This document shows, one piece after another, positions 24,181-37,188 of a DNA stretch of 64,000 nucleotides; position 1 is the stretch's first letter, and each line of letters opens with the position of its first letter. The stretch spans positions 9,982,001 through 10,046,000 of the forward strand of contig CM059432.1 of assembly GCA_030390025.1 (NCBI GenBank), written 5' to 3'. This DNA comes from Squalus acanthias. Taxonomy: Eukaryota. Under the pieces are notes generated by a model that did not search any database, was not told the DNA's origin, and saw nothing but the letters and a program-made list of their open reading frames with translations. Position numbers and translations under genes: made by a program.

Positions 24181-24568
24181 TGTTTCGGCCGGCACAAACA
24201 CGATGGGCTGAATGGCCTCCTTCTGTGCCGTAACTTTCTATGATTCTATAATGGCTTGTGACTGCCTGTCCGGAGTCCTTGTCCTGAGACCTGGTCTTCA
24301 CTTGCTGACTACAGGCGAGCTACGAGCCCAGAACCAGCACTCACAGGCAGCTCGCCGGTCAGCGGGCTGTGGGAATTCCAGCTGCTCTGAAATGTAGACG
24401 AGCCAGAGATTTTATCTGAGGTGAGGGAAGGGAATCACCGGGGCGGGGGCAGAGGTAGGAGGGTCATGGACAGGCTCCTGGCCTAAACAAACTCTTTCAA
24501 AAAGGACAGAAAACTTACCATTTTCTGTGCGGCCTGCTCGATGTTCCACCCATTGGTACCTCAAGATT

Positions 24569-24963
24569 AAAATGAGAAGTCGCACAACACTAGGTTATAG
24601 TCCAACAGTTTTATTTGAAATCACAAGCTTTCGGAGCTGCTGCTCCTTCGTCGGGTGAAGTGAAGAGATACAGAATCGCCAAAGCATATATAGATAGAGA
24701 ACAATGCATGTGTACCTTACAATGGTAGACGACTAAATTTAATCATCCTGACTGTTTATCTGCCGAGGTGTGACAAAAGGCAATCAGGTCAGCCAGGAAG
24801 CTACCACATCAAAGACATAGCAAGATACAACTGAGACAATGAGGTGGAGTTACAGGGGGTCTAACGTGTCAAAAGCTGCAGTCAGTATGTAAAACGATAA
24901 ACTTTAAAATTTTTACTTTTTTACTGGGAATCACATCTGTGAACACCGGCATCTCCGCATCAC
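24569..24963 (-). mobile_element. PLE family B pseudo-LTR with short inverted tail
   Basis: 12-bp TSD TACCTCAAGATT at 24557-24568 and 24964-24975; hammerhead core mutated to CCGACGA. Confidence 0.85.
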
Positions 24964-25059
24964 TACCTCAAGATTGCACAGGGTCCAATGTGCGTCATAG
25001 CACATCTGATTATTAGCATATTATAAATAGGTTCCTGGCTGAAACAGGCGAATGAAAGC

Positions 25060-25865
25060 AAGAAAGACTTGTATTTCTATAGCGCCTTTCATGACCTCAG
25101 GACATCCCAAAGCACTTTACAGCCAATGAAGTACTTTTGAAGTGTAGTCGCTGTTGTAATGTAGGAAACGCGGCAGCTAACAAGCATTTTTTTTTATTCG
25201 TTAATGGGATGTGGGTGTCGCTGGCAAGTTCGGCATTTATTGCCCATCCCTAATTGCTCTTGAGAAGGTGAGCCACCTTCTTGGACCGCAGAGGGCAGTT
25301 AAGAGTCAACATTGCTGTGGGTCTGGAGTCACATATAGGCCAGACCAGATTTTCTTCCCTAAAGGACATTAGTGAACCAGATGGGTTTTTACAACAAAAA
25401 CAGCTTTTTATTCCAGATTTATTTAATTAACCGAATTCAATTTTCCCAGCTACCATGGTGGGATTTGAACTCCTGTTCTCCGGATCATTAGTTCAGGCTT
25501 CTGGATTATTAGTCCAGTAACATAACCAGTATGCTACCGTATCACCTTCCACAAACACCAACGTGATAATAACCAGATAATCTGTTTGTTTTAGTGATGT
25601 TGATTGGATGGATAAATATTGGCCAGGGCACCGGGGAGAACTCCCCTGCTCTTCTTCAAAATAGTGCCATGGGATCTTTTACATCCACCTGAGAGGGCAG
25701 ATGGGACCTCGGTGTAACGTCTCTCCGAACGACGCCACCTCAGACAGAGCAGCGCTCCCTCAGCACTGCACTGGAGTGTCAGCCTAGATTATGTGCCTCT
25801 GGAGTGGGACTTGAAACCGCGACCTATCTGAGTCAGTAGGACGAGGGTGCTGCCCACTGAGCCAG
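25060..25865 (-). mobile_element. DeuSINE (SacSINE1-like) with a nested second SINE (~25190-25542)
   Basis: Homology to 29745-30194 on both sides; insert homologous to 45651-46045. Confidence 0.85.
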
Positions 25866-26065
25866 TGCTTCGGTTGCCCAGCGAAAATACCAGTGAGTGG
25901 AAATGGAGCAGAAACAAGCCAATAAGAGTATTTATACAGTGTTGGTGTCCCGTCCCTTCCATGTGGCGGCCCTGAACATCGTGGCCAATGATTAGTTGGT
26001 AACAGTAAACAGGGACAGAGTAATCCCTTTGTCTGTTGTCTGATCTAGGGTTGTCCACCTTGAAA

Positions 26066-26797
26066 TCATGATGCGGAGATGCCGGTGTTGGACTGGGGTG
26101 GACAAAAATGAGAAGTTGCACAACACCAGGTTATAGTCCAACAGTTTTATTTGAAATTACGAGCTTTCGGAGCGCTGCTCCTTCTTCAGGTACAGTGAGG
26201 GAATACAAATCGGTTACAAAGTATATATAGACAGAGAACAATGTGTCTGCAGAGATACAATCCGTCAGGGAGGCATTACATCAAAGACACAGCAGAGTAC
26301 AGCTAAGACAATGAGGTGGGGTCACAGGGGGTCCAACGTGTCAAATGCTGCAGTCTGCAGTTAAGCTTTTTACTTTTTTTAAAACTGGAAATCACATCTG
26401 TGAACAAGACAACGACGACTCTAGTCTGGACTCTAGTCTGGACTCTAGTCACGTCCTGTAGCGTGACATAAAACCGAGATCCCAGTTGAGGCCGTCCTCA
26501 TTGGTGTGGAACTTGGCTATCAGTTTCTGCTCGGTGAGTTCCAGTTTTAAAAAAAAGCATTTGACACGTTGGACCCCCTGTGACCCACCTCATTGTCTTA
26601 GCTGTATTCTGCTGTGTCTTTGATGTAATGCCTCCCTGACGGATTGTATCTCTGCAGACACATTGTTCTCTGTCTATATATGCTTTGTATCTGATTTATA
26701 TTCCCTCACTGTACCTGTACCTGACGAAGGAGCAGCGCTCCGAAAGCTCGTAATTTCAAATAAAACTGTTGGACTATAACCTGGTGTTGTGCGACTT
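26066..26797. mobile_element. PLE family B insertion: inverted pseudo-LTRs flanking a GIY-YIG C-terminal remnant
   Basis: ~250-bp inverted arms; minus-strand LTEQKLIAKFHTNEDGLNWDLGFMSRYRT* at ~26448-26538; TSD CACCTTGAAA(TCA); cores at 26721(+) and ~26160-26190(-). Confidence 0.9.
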
Positions 26798-27779
26798 CAC
26801 CTTGAAATCAGTTTGAGAAGTGCTTGTTTCATTAGTTCAATGGAAGGGAGATGTGATGGGAATGCACTGCCAATAGAGAGTCTCGTGACTAAGACTGGCT
26901 TGTTCATTGTTAGCTCAAGCAGCTGCTGGATCCTTCAGTGAGGCTAACGCAGGAGTCAAATGGCATTTAGTCTCCCCTTGTAAATTAAACCTGTTTCAAA
27001 GCATCCACAAGCCTTGTCCTAGTTGCACGATAATCTTGCGGCTGACGCTGGACGAATTCAAGGCAATAAAGTGCCTGACGAACGCTTTCTGAATGGAAAC
27101 AAGGATAGAGCCCCAATCAAAGCAGGCTTTCGAACAACTTATGACAGATGTCGGAGAATTTGACATCTTCCTAGTTAGACCTCATTCTGTACACTTTTGT
27201 GGATCAGTAAGATTCTGTGGTTGAGCAAATGATGTACAAAATCAATTTATTAAACAACAACAATCTGGATTGATAAAGAGGTGCAAATTGACAAAGAACA
27301 AGAGCTAAAAAGCAAAGTTATTCAAGCAGGAATAGGGAGCTGCACATTGGTATGCAAATAGTATTGACTGAGCTTTACGGATCTGCAGAGCGTCTCCTTG
27401 TGGATAATCAAAATAATGGTAAACAATATAAGTGCCTGACTACATTGCTATTGATTTCCCTTCTTCCAAGATCTCTTCTTTCTTTAACATCCATATCACA
27501 GGATGTTTGGATCCATCATCAATTCCCACTAGCTCTTCGCCTCAGAGCATGTCCCATCCCATAGTTTTCCAAGACCAGATGAATAGCCTTTAACAGAATC
27601 AATAATCATGCAGTACTGTCCCTTAATCATGAGCTCAAACGGTATAGCACTACTGGAGCTTATTATCTGTCTACCTTCTAAACCTGATGGATTGCCATTC
27701 TACAATGCCCTCGTCCTCCGCACTAAACAAAGCTAATCAGATACTGGGATATCTCTCAAGGCTATTTGACTATAGTTAA

Positions 27780-28420
27780 AATAAGTTATTCTAACCTTAC
27801 ATAGATCATTTGGCAAACCACATTTTGGAATATTGTGTGCAGTTTTAGACACCCTTACCTTCAAAGGGACACTGCTGCATTGAAAGGTGTTGAGAAACGA
27901 GCAGCAAAGAAAACAGAGAGGTCAATAACCAGGGGGCATAGATTTAAAGTAATTGGTGGAAGGATTAGACAGGGAGTTGAGGAGAACTTTTTTCACCCAG
28001 AGGGTGGTGGGGGTCTGGAACTCACTGCCTGAAAGGGTGGGAGAGGCAGAAACCCTCATTGCATTTAAAAAGTACTTGGATATGCCCTTGAAGTGCTGTA
28101 ACCTACAGGGCTACGGACCAAGAGCTGGAAAGTGGGATTAGGCTGGATAGCTCTTTTTCGGCCGGCACGGACACGATGGGCCGAATGGCCTCCTTCTGTG
28201 CCGTAAACTTCTATGATTCGATAAGATGATTCCAGAGTTTGGAGCTTGAAGTTATAAAGGGAGACTTAAAGAACTGACCTTGCTTGCATTAGAGAAAACA
28301 AGATTGAGAAGGAACACGGTACATTTCTATCAAGTGTTAAGGAGGATAGAAAATGTAGAGGCAAGCAGGCTATTTAACTTGGACTGCGAACGCAAAACTA
28401 AAAGGCGTAGGTACAAAATT
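27780..28420 (+). mobile_element. Old CR1 remnant with a younger CR1 3' piece nested (~27915-28222)
   Basis: ITRGHRFKVIGG..FFTQRVVGVWNSLP. Confidence 0.75.
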
Positions 28421-28834
28421 AACAAGAATTGTATGTGTTGGAAGAGTCCCAGACGCAGCATTTAATGGGATGTCATGGTTCTTTACATCGAACGGGATGA
28501 ATATTTCATTAACATTGGGATTGAGGGTTTGAAGAATAAGTACCACTAGATAATTGACTGCGGTATGGAACATGATAGAACCAGAGCTACTGGGAGCACG
28601 AAAGTGCTATGCCAGGAAAGTTAATTGGCCTAGAATGTATATCGTAGGATATAAGAATAGGCAGTTATCCTGTAGTTTTGATTTTTTTTTCCTTGGAGGA
28701 ATAATGTAGCAATGGTTTACAGAACCTTTCCTTAGAAGGTTAACTAGGTGAAGGTGTAGATTTTACATGGATTATGAAGGAACAAACCTGACAAGGCATT
28801 ATTACCTCTGATGCTTTCTTATGACAGAAAAAAT

Positions 28835-29283
28835 AAAGACTTGCATTTCACCTTTCATGACCGCAGAACATCCCAAAGCACTTTACGACCAATGAAGTAC
28901 TTTTGAAGTGTAGTCGCTGTTGCAATGAAGGAAACGCGGCAGCCAATCGATGCACAGCAAGCTCCCACAAACAGCAATTAAATAAATGACCAGATAATCT
29001 GCTTTAGGTGTTGGTTAAGGGATAAATGGCAGCCAGGACACCAGTAGAAACTCCCCTGCATCTTCTTCAAATAGCAGCATGGGATCTTTTACGTCCACCT
29101 GAGAGAGCAGACGGGACCTCGGTTTAAGGTCTCAACCAAAAGACGGCACCTCCGACAGTGCAGCGCTCCCTCAGCACCGCACTGAAGTCTCAACCTAGAT
29201 GTTGTGCTCAAATCTCTGGAGTGGGATTTGAACCTACAACCTTCATGAACTCAGAATGCTACCACTGAGCCACAGCTGATACT
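28835..29283 (-). mobile_element. DeuSINE (SacSINE1-like)
   Basis: tRNA-like head plus GAGACCTTAAACCGAGG..AAAGATCCCATG Deu-type core. Confidence 0.85.
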
Positions 29284-29487
29284 TGCAGTTATGTTATTAT
29301 CCTGATCCAGCACAGTCAAATGACATTTCCCATCATGTTTAAACCATTTTGCTTGAACATCTTCACATTCAGCAGCAAGCACAAGCCTGAGATAGTCACA
29401 GTCCTTGACATTTCAGGAACACAGGAAGGCCTCCAAGGGAACTGGGGCTGCACAAATTAAGCATAGCTGAATGCTAGAGGTACTCAC

Positions 29488-29616
29488 TCTGACAAAGACT
29501 TCTCTCTTGCACCAAAGCCAAACCGCGCCATTTTTAATTGATCTAAAAGGTTGTTGTTTTCATGTCTCGGTTGCGTGAGGGAACCGGAAAAAGTTAGTAA
29601 CACCAAAGTAGTGGAG
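29488..29616 (-). CDS. Candidate exon (STTLVLLTFSGSLTQPRHENNNLLDQLKMARFGFGAREKSLS)
   Basis: tttcttag acceptor, GA|gtgagt donor, open in phase 2 to 2; internal AAAATGG at ~29531. Confidence 0.25.
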
Positions 29617-29744
29617 CTAAGAAATTTAACAGGATTTGAGCAAATTTAACAATGGAGAGGAGATGAGGTGAGCCATGTGCTGGCAATTGTGCAAGGGAAT
29701 GGTGATAAACAGGCATTATCAGAGGACTTGACAAAAGGCAGAAA

Positions 29745-30194
29745 GAATCGCATTTCTATAGCGCCTTTCACGACCACTGGATGTCTCAAAGCGCTTTACA
29801 GCCAATGAAGTACTTTTGGAGTGCAGTCACTGTTGTAATGTGGGATACGCGGCAGCCAATTTGCGCACAGCAAGCTCCCACAAACAGCAGATCATCTGTT
29901 TTTAGTGATGTTGATTGAGGGATAAATATTGGCCAGGACACCAGGGATAGCTCCCCTGCTCTTCTTTGAAATAGTGCCTTGGGATCTTTTACGTCCGCCT
30001 GAGAGAGCAGACGGGGCCTCGGTTTAACGTCTCATCTGAAAGTCGGCACCTCCGACAGTGCAGCGCTCCCTCAGCACTGCACTGGGAGTGTCAGGCCTAG
30101 ATTTATGTGCTCAAGTCTCTGGAGTGGGACTTAAACCCACAACCTTCTAGACATCATGAGGCGAGGGTGCTACCCACTGAGCCACAGCTGACAC
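29745..30194 (-). mobile_element. DeuSINE (SacSINE1-like), near full length
   Basis: GTGTCAGCTGTGGCTCAGTGGGTAGC head, Deu-type core, L2-like tail AAAGGCGCTATAGAAATGC. Confidence 0.9.
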
Positions 30195-30659
30195 CAACCA
30201 AAGAATGGCAGGTGTCTAATGATATTATTTTGTCAGTGTTTACAAATTAATTTTGAGGACTGCCTTCCCCATACAGGGTTAAAATTTAAAGGGCAAGAGG
30301 AAGAAAAACTGATACAGAAATGACCTATAAAGAGGTACTAGACAAACAACTGAAGGACACTGTGAGAACAAGGTGCTCATAATAGCTTCCAGGATAGAGT
30401 ATTACATGAGGTGGCAAATGAAATTGGTCCCAGCTTGACAGTTATCATAAGGGAGTTATGCCAAGGAACTGGAGCCGTGAATATGTTGTCAATTTATAAA
30501 CAAAAACAACGGCAAGATCGTCAGGGAACTACAGATCTGTGAGCTTCATATCAATAAAGAGCAAAATAAGGTAAGCGTCTTGAATGAATCATGGAATTTA
30601 CAGCACAGGAGGCCGTTCAGCCGATTGTGCCTCTTTAACTACATCTATATACTGTACTC

Positions 30660-30815
30660 TAAAATACTGTGGCTGCTGGAAATCTGAAATAAAAACAGGG
30701 GAGGGGAGGAGAAAACAAATGGGAAGGTCTGTGAGCGGGTGGAAGGCAGGAGAGATTAAAAGACAAAAGGGATGATGGTGCAAGGCGAAAGGAGATGATA
30801 ATGGGACAAGCAAAG
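30660..30815 (-). mobile_element. PLE family A pseudo-LTR, internally deleted (hammerhead lost)
   Basis: Reverse complement of 11425-11540 joined to the terminal TTTCAGATTTCCAGCA segment. Confidence 0.75.
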
Positions 30816-31109
30816 AACTCTACATATTCTAATCCCACTCCGCTGTCCTTTCCCTTATCCTATTAACATAGAAACATAGAAAATAGGTGCAGGAGTAGAC
30901 CATTCGGTCCTTCGAGCCTGCACCGCCATTCAATGCGTTCATGGCTGAACATGCTACCTCAGTACAATTCTTTTATATTCCTCCTTTTCAAATACTTGCC
31001 CAATTCCCTTTTAAATGATCCAATAATCTTTGCCACAATAGCCATTTCTGGTAAATGGCCAGGTTCCAACAACCCTCTATGTGAAAAAACTCTTCTAACG
31101 TTCCTCTTT

Positions 31110-33860
31110 ACATAGGATTACATAGGATATACGGCACAGAAACAGGCCATTCAGCCCAACCAGTCCATGCCGGCGTTTATGCTCCACACGAGCCTCCTCC
31201 CATCTTTCCTCATCTCACTCTATCAGCGTAACCCTCTATTCCCTTCTCCCTCATAGGCTTGTCCAGCTTCCCCTTAAATGCATCTATACTATTCGCTTCA
31301 ACCACTCCCTGTGGTAGCAAGTTCCACATTCTCACCACTCTCTGGGTAAAGAAGTTTCTTCTGAATTCCCTATTGGATTTCTTGGTGACTATCTTATATT
31401 GATGGCCTCTAGTTATGCTCTTCCCCACAAGTGGAAACATTCTCTCTGTATCCACTCTATCAAAATTTTTCATAATTTTAAAGACCTCTATTAGGTCACC
31501 CCTCAGCCTTTTTTCAAGAGAAAAGAGACCCAGCCTGTTCATCCTTTCGTGATATGTATATCCTCGCATTTCTGGTATCATCCTTGTAAATCATCTCTGC
31601 ACCCTCTCCAGTGCCTATATATCCTTTTTATAATATGGCGACCAGAACTGCACGCAGTACTCCAAGTGTGGTCTAACCAAGGTTCGATACAGATTTAGCA
31701 TAACTTCCCTACTTTTCAATTCTATCCCTCTAGAAATAAACCCTAGTGTTTGGTTTGCTTTTTTTATGGCCTTGCTAACCTGTGTCTCAACTTTTAGTGA
31801 TTTGTATATTTGTACTCCGAGATCCCTTTGTTCCTCTACCCCACCTAGACTCACACCCTCCAAGTGATAAGTAACCTTCCTATTCTTCCTACCAAAATGT
31901 AATGCTTCACATTTATCTGTGTTGAACTTCATTTGCCAATTATTTGCCCATTCTGCAAGTTTATTAATGTCTTCCTGTAATTTGTTGCAGTCCTCCTCAG
32001 TATTGACTATCCCCCCCAATTTGGTGTCATCTGCAAATTTAGAAATTGTGTTTTTGATTCCAAAGTCTAAATCATTCATGTAAATTGTGAACAGCAGCGG
32101 TCCCAGCACTGATCCTTGTGGAACACCACTACCCACCTTCTGCCACTGTGAATAGCTACCCTTTACTCCCCACTCTCTGCTTTCTGTCTTGAAGCCAGCT
32201 AGTTATTCATTCTGCTACTTGTCCCCTGAGTCCGCATTCTCTGATCTTATTCATTAGTCTATTATGGGGTACCTTATCAAAGGCCTTTTGAAAATCTAGA
32301 TAAATTATATCTGCTGCATTACCATTGTTTACTCTCTCTGTTAACTCTTCAAAAAATTCAGTATGGTTGGTCAAGCAAGATTTCCCCTTTTGAAATCCAT
32401 GCTGACTATTCATTATTATACTTTTTGTTTCTAGATGTTCTTCTATTCTCTCCTTTAGTAGGGATTTCATTATTTTTCCTACCACCGCTGTTAAGCTGAC
32501 TGGTCTATAATTCCCTGGACATGTTCTTTCCCCTATCTTAAATATAGGTATTATGTTAGCTATCCACCAGTCCTCTGGCACTACACCTTTTTCTAATGAA
32601 TTATTAAATATGTTTAGTAATGCCTCTGCTATCTCTTGGCTAGATTTTAAAAAATGCATGGATACAATCCATCCGGACCAGGGGTTTTATCCTCTTTGAG
32701 TTTGATTAGTTTATTTAATATATTCCCTTTTTTAAATTACTAATTACTCATCTCATCATCCAATGTCATGTCCACCTGTTCTACCTCCCTGGTAAATACC
32801 AAAGTGAAATAATGATTTGATATTTCTGCCATCTCCCTATCGTTACCTGTGGTGTTATCCTGTCTATCCCTTAATGGCCCTATTCCCATCCCAACCTTCC
32901 TTTTTTTATTGATGTGCCTGTAAAATTTTACTGTTTTGTTTTATGTTCCTTGATAATTTAATTTCATAGTTCCACTTTGTCTTCCTAATATTTTTTGACT
33001 TCTCTCCTAATCCCTTCATATTCTCCCTTATCATGCACTCCTCTGCTGTCTATGTACTTAATGTATGCCTCTTTCCTTACCCTCAATCGTTTCCTTATGT
33101 CTTTATTCATCCATGGAGTCTCATTATTGTTGAGTTTGTTCTTTCCTTTTAGCGGAATATATTTTTCCCGCACTCTGTTGAACACCGTTTTAAATGTTTC
33201 CCATTGTCATTCTACATCGCTGTTTGCCAATATTGTTGCAAATTTTATCTTCCCAAGTTCTATTCTCAGCCCCTCAAAATCAGCTTTTCTCCAATCTATT
33301 AACCTGTTTTTTGTCATACTTATGTCCTTCTCTATTATCATCTTAAAGCGTTTTATATTATGGTCACTATTGCCTAGATGTTCCCCTACTTTTACTTCTC
33401 TTATCTGCTCTGGCTCATTCCCCATAACTAGATCCAATAGCGAATCCTCCCTTGTTGGGCTTTTTACATAATGGGTTAGAAAGGAGTCCTGTACATATTG
33501 TAGGAACTCCATTCCCTCATCCTCTTTACCTACCTCTTCTGTCCAATTAATATCGGGGTAGTTGAAATCCCCCATGATTATTATTCTATGTTTTTTACTC
33601 ATTTCTCTAATTTGTCTGTATATTTCTTCCTTCACCTCCCTTCCACTATTAGGTGGTCTGTAGACTATGCCTATTAGTGTGATTGATCCTTTATTATCTT
33701 TTATCTCTATTCATTCTACTTTTGTCTTGCTGATATCTACGTCCCTTTTTTCTACTGCCATTATGTTATCCCTAATAAGTACAGCTACTCCACCTCCTCT
33801 TTTACCCTCTCTATCTTTTCTAAATATGTTATACCCTGCAATGTTTAATTTCCAGTCCTG
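31110..33860 (-). mobile_element. CR1 LINE, most of ORF2 (APE endonuclease + RT), frameshifted
   Basis: IMGDFNYPDINW..LGNSDHN; NYRPVSLT..QHGF..LDFQKAFDKVPH; KFADD; (ATCCTATGTA)n tail. Confidence 0.95.
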
Positions 33861-33861
33861 A

Positions 33862-35405
33862 TTTCAGCATTCCGGAGGGACCACTCCCTCCGCGACACCC
33901 TGGTCCACTCCTCAATCACCCCCAACAGCCCCTCCCCTCCCCACGGCACCTTCCCGTGAAAGCGCAGGAGATGCAACACCTGCCCTTTTACCTCCTCCCT
34001 TCCCACCACAAAGGGCCCCAAACACCCCTTCCAGGTGAAACAGCGATTTACTTGTACTTCTTGCAATTTAGTATACTGTATTCGCTGCTCACAATGTGGT
34101 CTCCTCTACATTGTTGAGACCAAACGCAGATTGGGTGACCGCTTTGCGGAACACCTTCCGTTCAGTCCGTATGGGTGACCCCAAGCTTCCGGTTGCTTGT
34201 CACTTTAATTCTCCGCTCCACTCCCACTCTGACCTCTCTGTCCTCGGCCTCTTACACTGTTCCAATGAAGCTCAACGTAAACTTGAGGAACAGCACCTCA
34301 TCTTTCAATTAGGCACTTTACAGCCTTCTGGACTCAACATTGAGTTCAACAATTTCAGACTATAACCCCTGCCCCTATTTTTTCAGGCTGTTGCTGATTT
34401 TGCCATCCCCATTTGCAACATTTAATCTCTCCTGCCTTCCATCCTGTCACAGACCGTCCCTTTTGTTCTTTCCTCCCCTCCCCCCGCATCTGCACCTGCT
34501 TAAAACCATATACATCTCGAACTTTTTCCAGTTCTGACGAAGGGTCACAGACCTGAAACAGCCCAGAAATTAGACTTCGATGGTTGCCGCGGGGGTAAGG
34601 ATCCGGCGCGATCTTACCTACCGCGCCTGCCTTTATGGTTCAGGCCCACACGAACTTCTGGTCCTGGGCCTCTCCCTGGTGCCGGCGTGCAGTGTGTGCG
34701 TGTCCCAGAGGCGCAGTTAGTTCGATGCGACCTCTGGGATCACGTGGGCCAGTTAGAGCCAATGGCAGCACACCATCTTTCATTCATAGTTTTGACAGGA
34801 AGAGCTGTCAAAACTATGAATACAACTTGCCCCCAAAAGAACAGCTAAACCTCAATTAAATTTTTTTAAAAACCATCACATTAATAAAATAACTATAGTT
34901 AAATAAATTAACCACTTTAAACAAAAATTTTAATTTTTGAAAACATTTAAATTCTTTTTAAAAGTTATAAAAATAAACTTACCTTTCTTTAAAGTCTCTA
35001 AAAAAGATAAACCTGTTGAAAAAATTTAAAATAATACTTAATTAACTACTTACCTTGTTAAAAGGGGGTCTTACGCCTCCTTTTTCATGTGTAAAATCTT
35101 CCATACTTACCCTCGCGTTCAAACCTGAAAAAAACCTAAGTGTGCTGCGTGCGCACAGCCTGTAGTGCGCACACGGTTCACTTAGGAACCGCCCCCTTCG
35201 CAATATCGGAAGTGCCGGTTTCCCGCGCATGCGCAGTGCATGCAGGAAACTGGCACTTCGGGACCGAATACGGGTGAGTACACAATGCGTACTCTCCCCT
35301 ATTCAGCCGAATTTCTGGGCCATTTTAACTCTGTTTCTCTCTCCATGGATGCTGCCTGATCTGCTGAGTGTTTCCAGCATTTTCTGTTGTTATTTCTGAT
35401 TTTTC
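33862..35405 (+). mobile_element. PLE family A: Cys-rich linker, GIY-YIG endonuclease and pseudo-LTR, split by a MITE
   Basis: RRRCNTCPF..FTCTSCNLVYCIRCSQCGLLYIVETKRRLGDRFAEH..PVACHFN..EEQHLIFQLGTLQPSGLN; pseudo-LTR resumes at 35322. Confidence 0.9.
34560..35321. mobile_element. ~765-bp Harbinger-type MITE, copy 1
   Basis: GCCCAGAAATT...AATTTCTGGGCC; homologous to the copies at 38201, 50277 and 63676. Confidence 0.9.
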
Positions 35406-35585
35406 TAGTGTTGTTTTTCTAGTGATGATTCTGAGTCTATGTCCATTGTTACTGATTTATCAAACAGCAGAAGCAATGATTCACTATTTAGGCTCTCAAA
35501 ATCTTTCATGATGTGGAAAATCTCTATTAAACCTCCCCATAACTGTTCCAGTGAAATAGTCACATATTTTGAACCTTTCTTCACA

Positions 35586-36580
35586 ATTGGGCCTCAGCTA
35601 TTCACAATCTATATCAATGATTTGGATGAGGGGACCAAATTTAATATATCCAAGTTTGCTGATGATACAAAGCTGGGTGGGAATGTAAGTTGTGAGGAGG
35701 ATGCAAACAGACTTCAAGGGGATATAGACAGGCTAAGTGAGTGGGCAAGAACATGGACAATGGAATAAAATGTGGAGAAATGTGAAGTTATCCACTTTGG
35801 TAGGAAAAATAGAAAAGCAGAGTATTTTTTAAATGGTGAGAGATTGGGAAATGTTGGTTTTCAGAGGGACCTGGGTATCCTTGTACACGAATCACTGAAC
35901 GTTAACATGCAGGTACAGCAAGCAATTAGGAAAGCAAATGGTATGTTGGCCTTTATTACAAGAGGATTTGAGTATAAGAGTAAAGACGTCTTACTGCAAT
36001 TATATAGGGCCCTGGTGAGACCACACCTGGAGTATTGTGTACAGTTTTGGTCTCCTTACCTAAGGAAGGATACTTGCCATAGAGGGAGTGCAATGAAGGT
36101 TCACCAGACTGCTTCCTGGGATGGGGGGATTGTCCTATGTGGAGAGATTGAGTAGACTAGGCCTATATTCTCTAGAGTTTAGAAGAATGAGAGGTGATCA
36201 CATTGAAACATACAAAATTCTTACAGGGCTTGACAGGGTAGACACAGGGAGGCTGTTTCCCCCGGCTGGGGAGTTTAGAACCAGGGGTCACAGTCTCAGA
36301 ATAAGGGGTCAGCCATTTAGGACTGAGATGAGGAGAAATTTCTTCACTCAGAGGGTGGTGAATCTTTGGAATTCTCTACCCCAGAGGGCTGTGGAGGCTC
36401 AGTCATTGAGTATATTCAAGACAGAGATTGATAGATTTTTGGATATTATGGGAATCAAGGGATATGGGGATAGTGCAGGAAAGTGGAGATGAGGTAGAAG
36501 ATCAGCCATGATCTTATTGAATGGCGGAGCAGGCTCGAAGGGCCAAATGGCCTACTCTGCTCCTATTTCTTATGTTCTTA
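35586..36580 (+). mobile_element. CR1 RT C-terminal half and 3' UTR
   Basis: GPQLFTIYINDLD..KFADDTKLGG; (TTCTTATG)n tail. Confidence 0.95.
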
Positions 36581-36982
36581 TAACCTTTCATTCCTTGTAA
36601 CGTTCTAATCAATCCTGGTCAGACCTTTCCCATTGCCTTAAAGCTTTCCTGTAATGTGGTACCTGTAACTGCACACATTATCCAACTGTGGCGAATTTAT
36701 ATCTAGTGCAAATTCAACATCACTTCCATGTTTTTGCTCTTTTTTGAAGATGATGGCCAAATCTTCCTTTCATGTGGTATAAAACAACTAATACATGCTT
36801 TCTAACAGGTCAACCACCTGCAATTAATATTGAAATAAAAACAGAAAATGCTGGAAATACCAGAACTCATCAGAACTGTTCTAACCAAGGATCTCAGCCT
36901 GAAATGCTAACCCATCTTTTCCGATGCTGGTGGACCACGTCTCACAGAAATTCAACATCAATTCCTTGCATTTATATTTAAT

Positions 36983-37147
36983 ATTGTACGCTGATATTGT
37001 ACGCTACACAGGCATTGTTCTCTGTCTATATATGCTTTGCCGATTCGTATTCCCTCACTGTACCTGACGAAGGAGCAGCCGCTCCGAAAGCTTGTGATTT
37101 CAAATAAAACTGTTGGACTATAACCTGGTGTTGTGCGACTTCTCACT
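36983..37147 (+). mobile_element. PLE family B pseudo-LTR with hammerhead core
   Basis: CTGACGA at 37064, GAAA at 37086; 12-bp TSD TTTATATTTAAT at 36971-36982 and 37148-37159. Confidence 0.85.
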
Positions 37148-37188
37148 TTTATATTTAATGCCCTAGGTATAAAACCTCCTAAGCTACA

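Noticed and set aside
24518..25008. Minus-strand exon disrupted by the PLE insertion (..AAAATG|gtaagt)
   Set aside because: Weak acceptor, and similar donor motifs occur inside local MITE-like sequence.
26066..26797. DNA transposon with long TIRs
   Set aside because: The arms are PLE pseudo-LTRs with hammerheads and the spacer encodes a GIY-YIG C-terminus.
29505..29545. RFamide neuropeptide (LKMARFG)
   Set aside because: RFG is followed by FG, not a basic cleavage site, and no known precursor matches.
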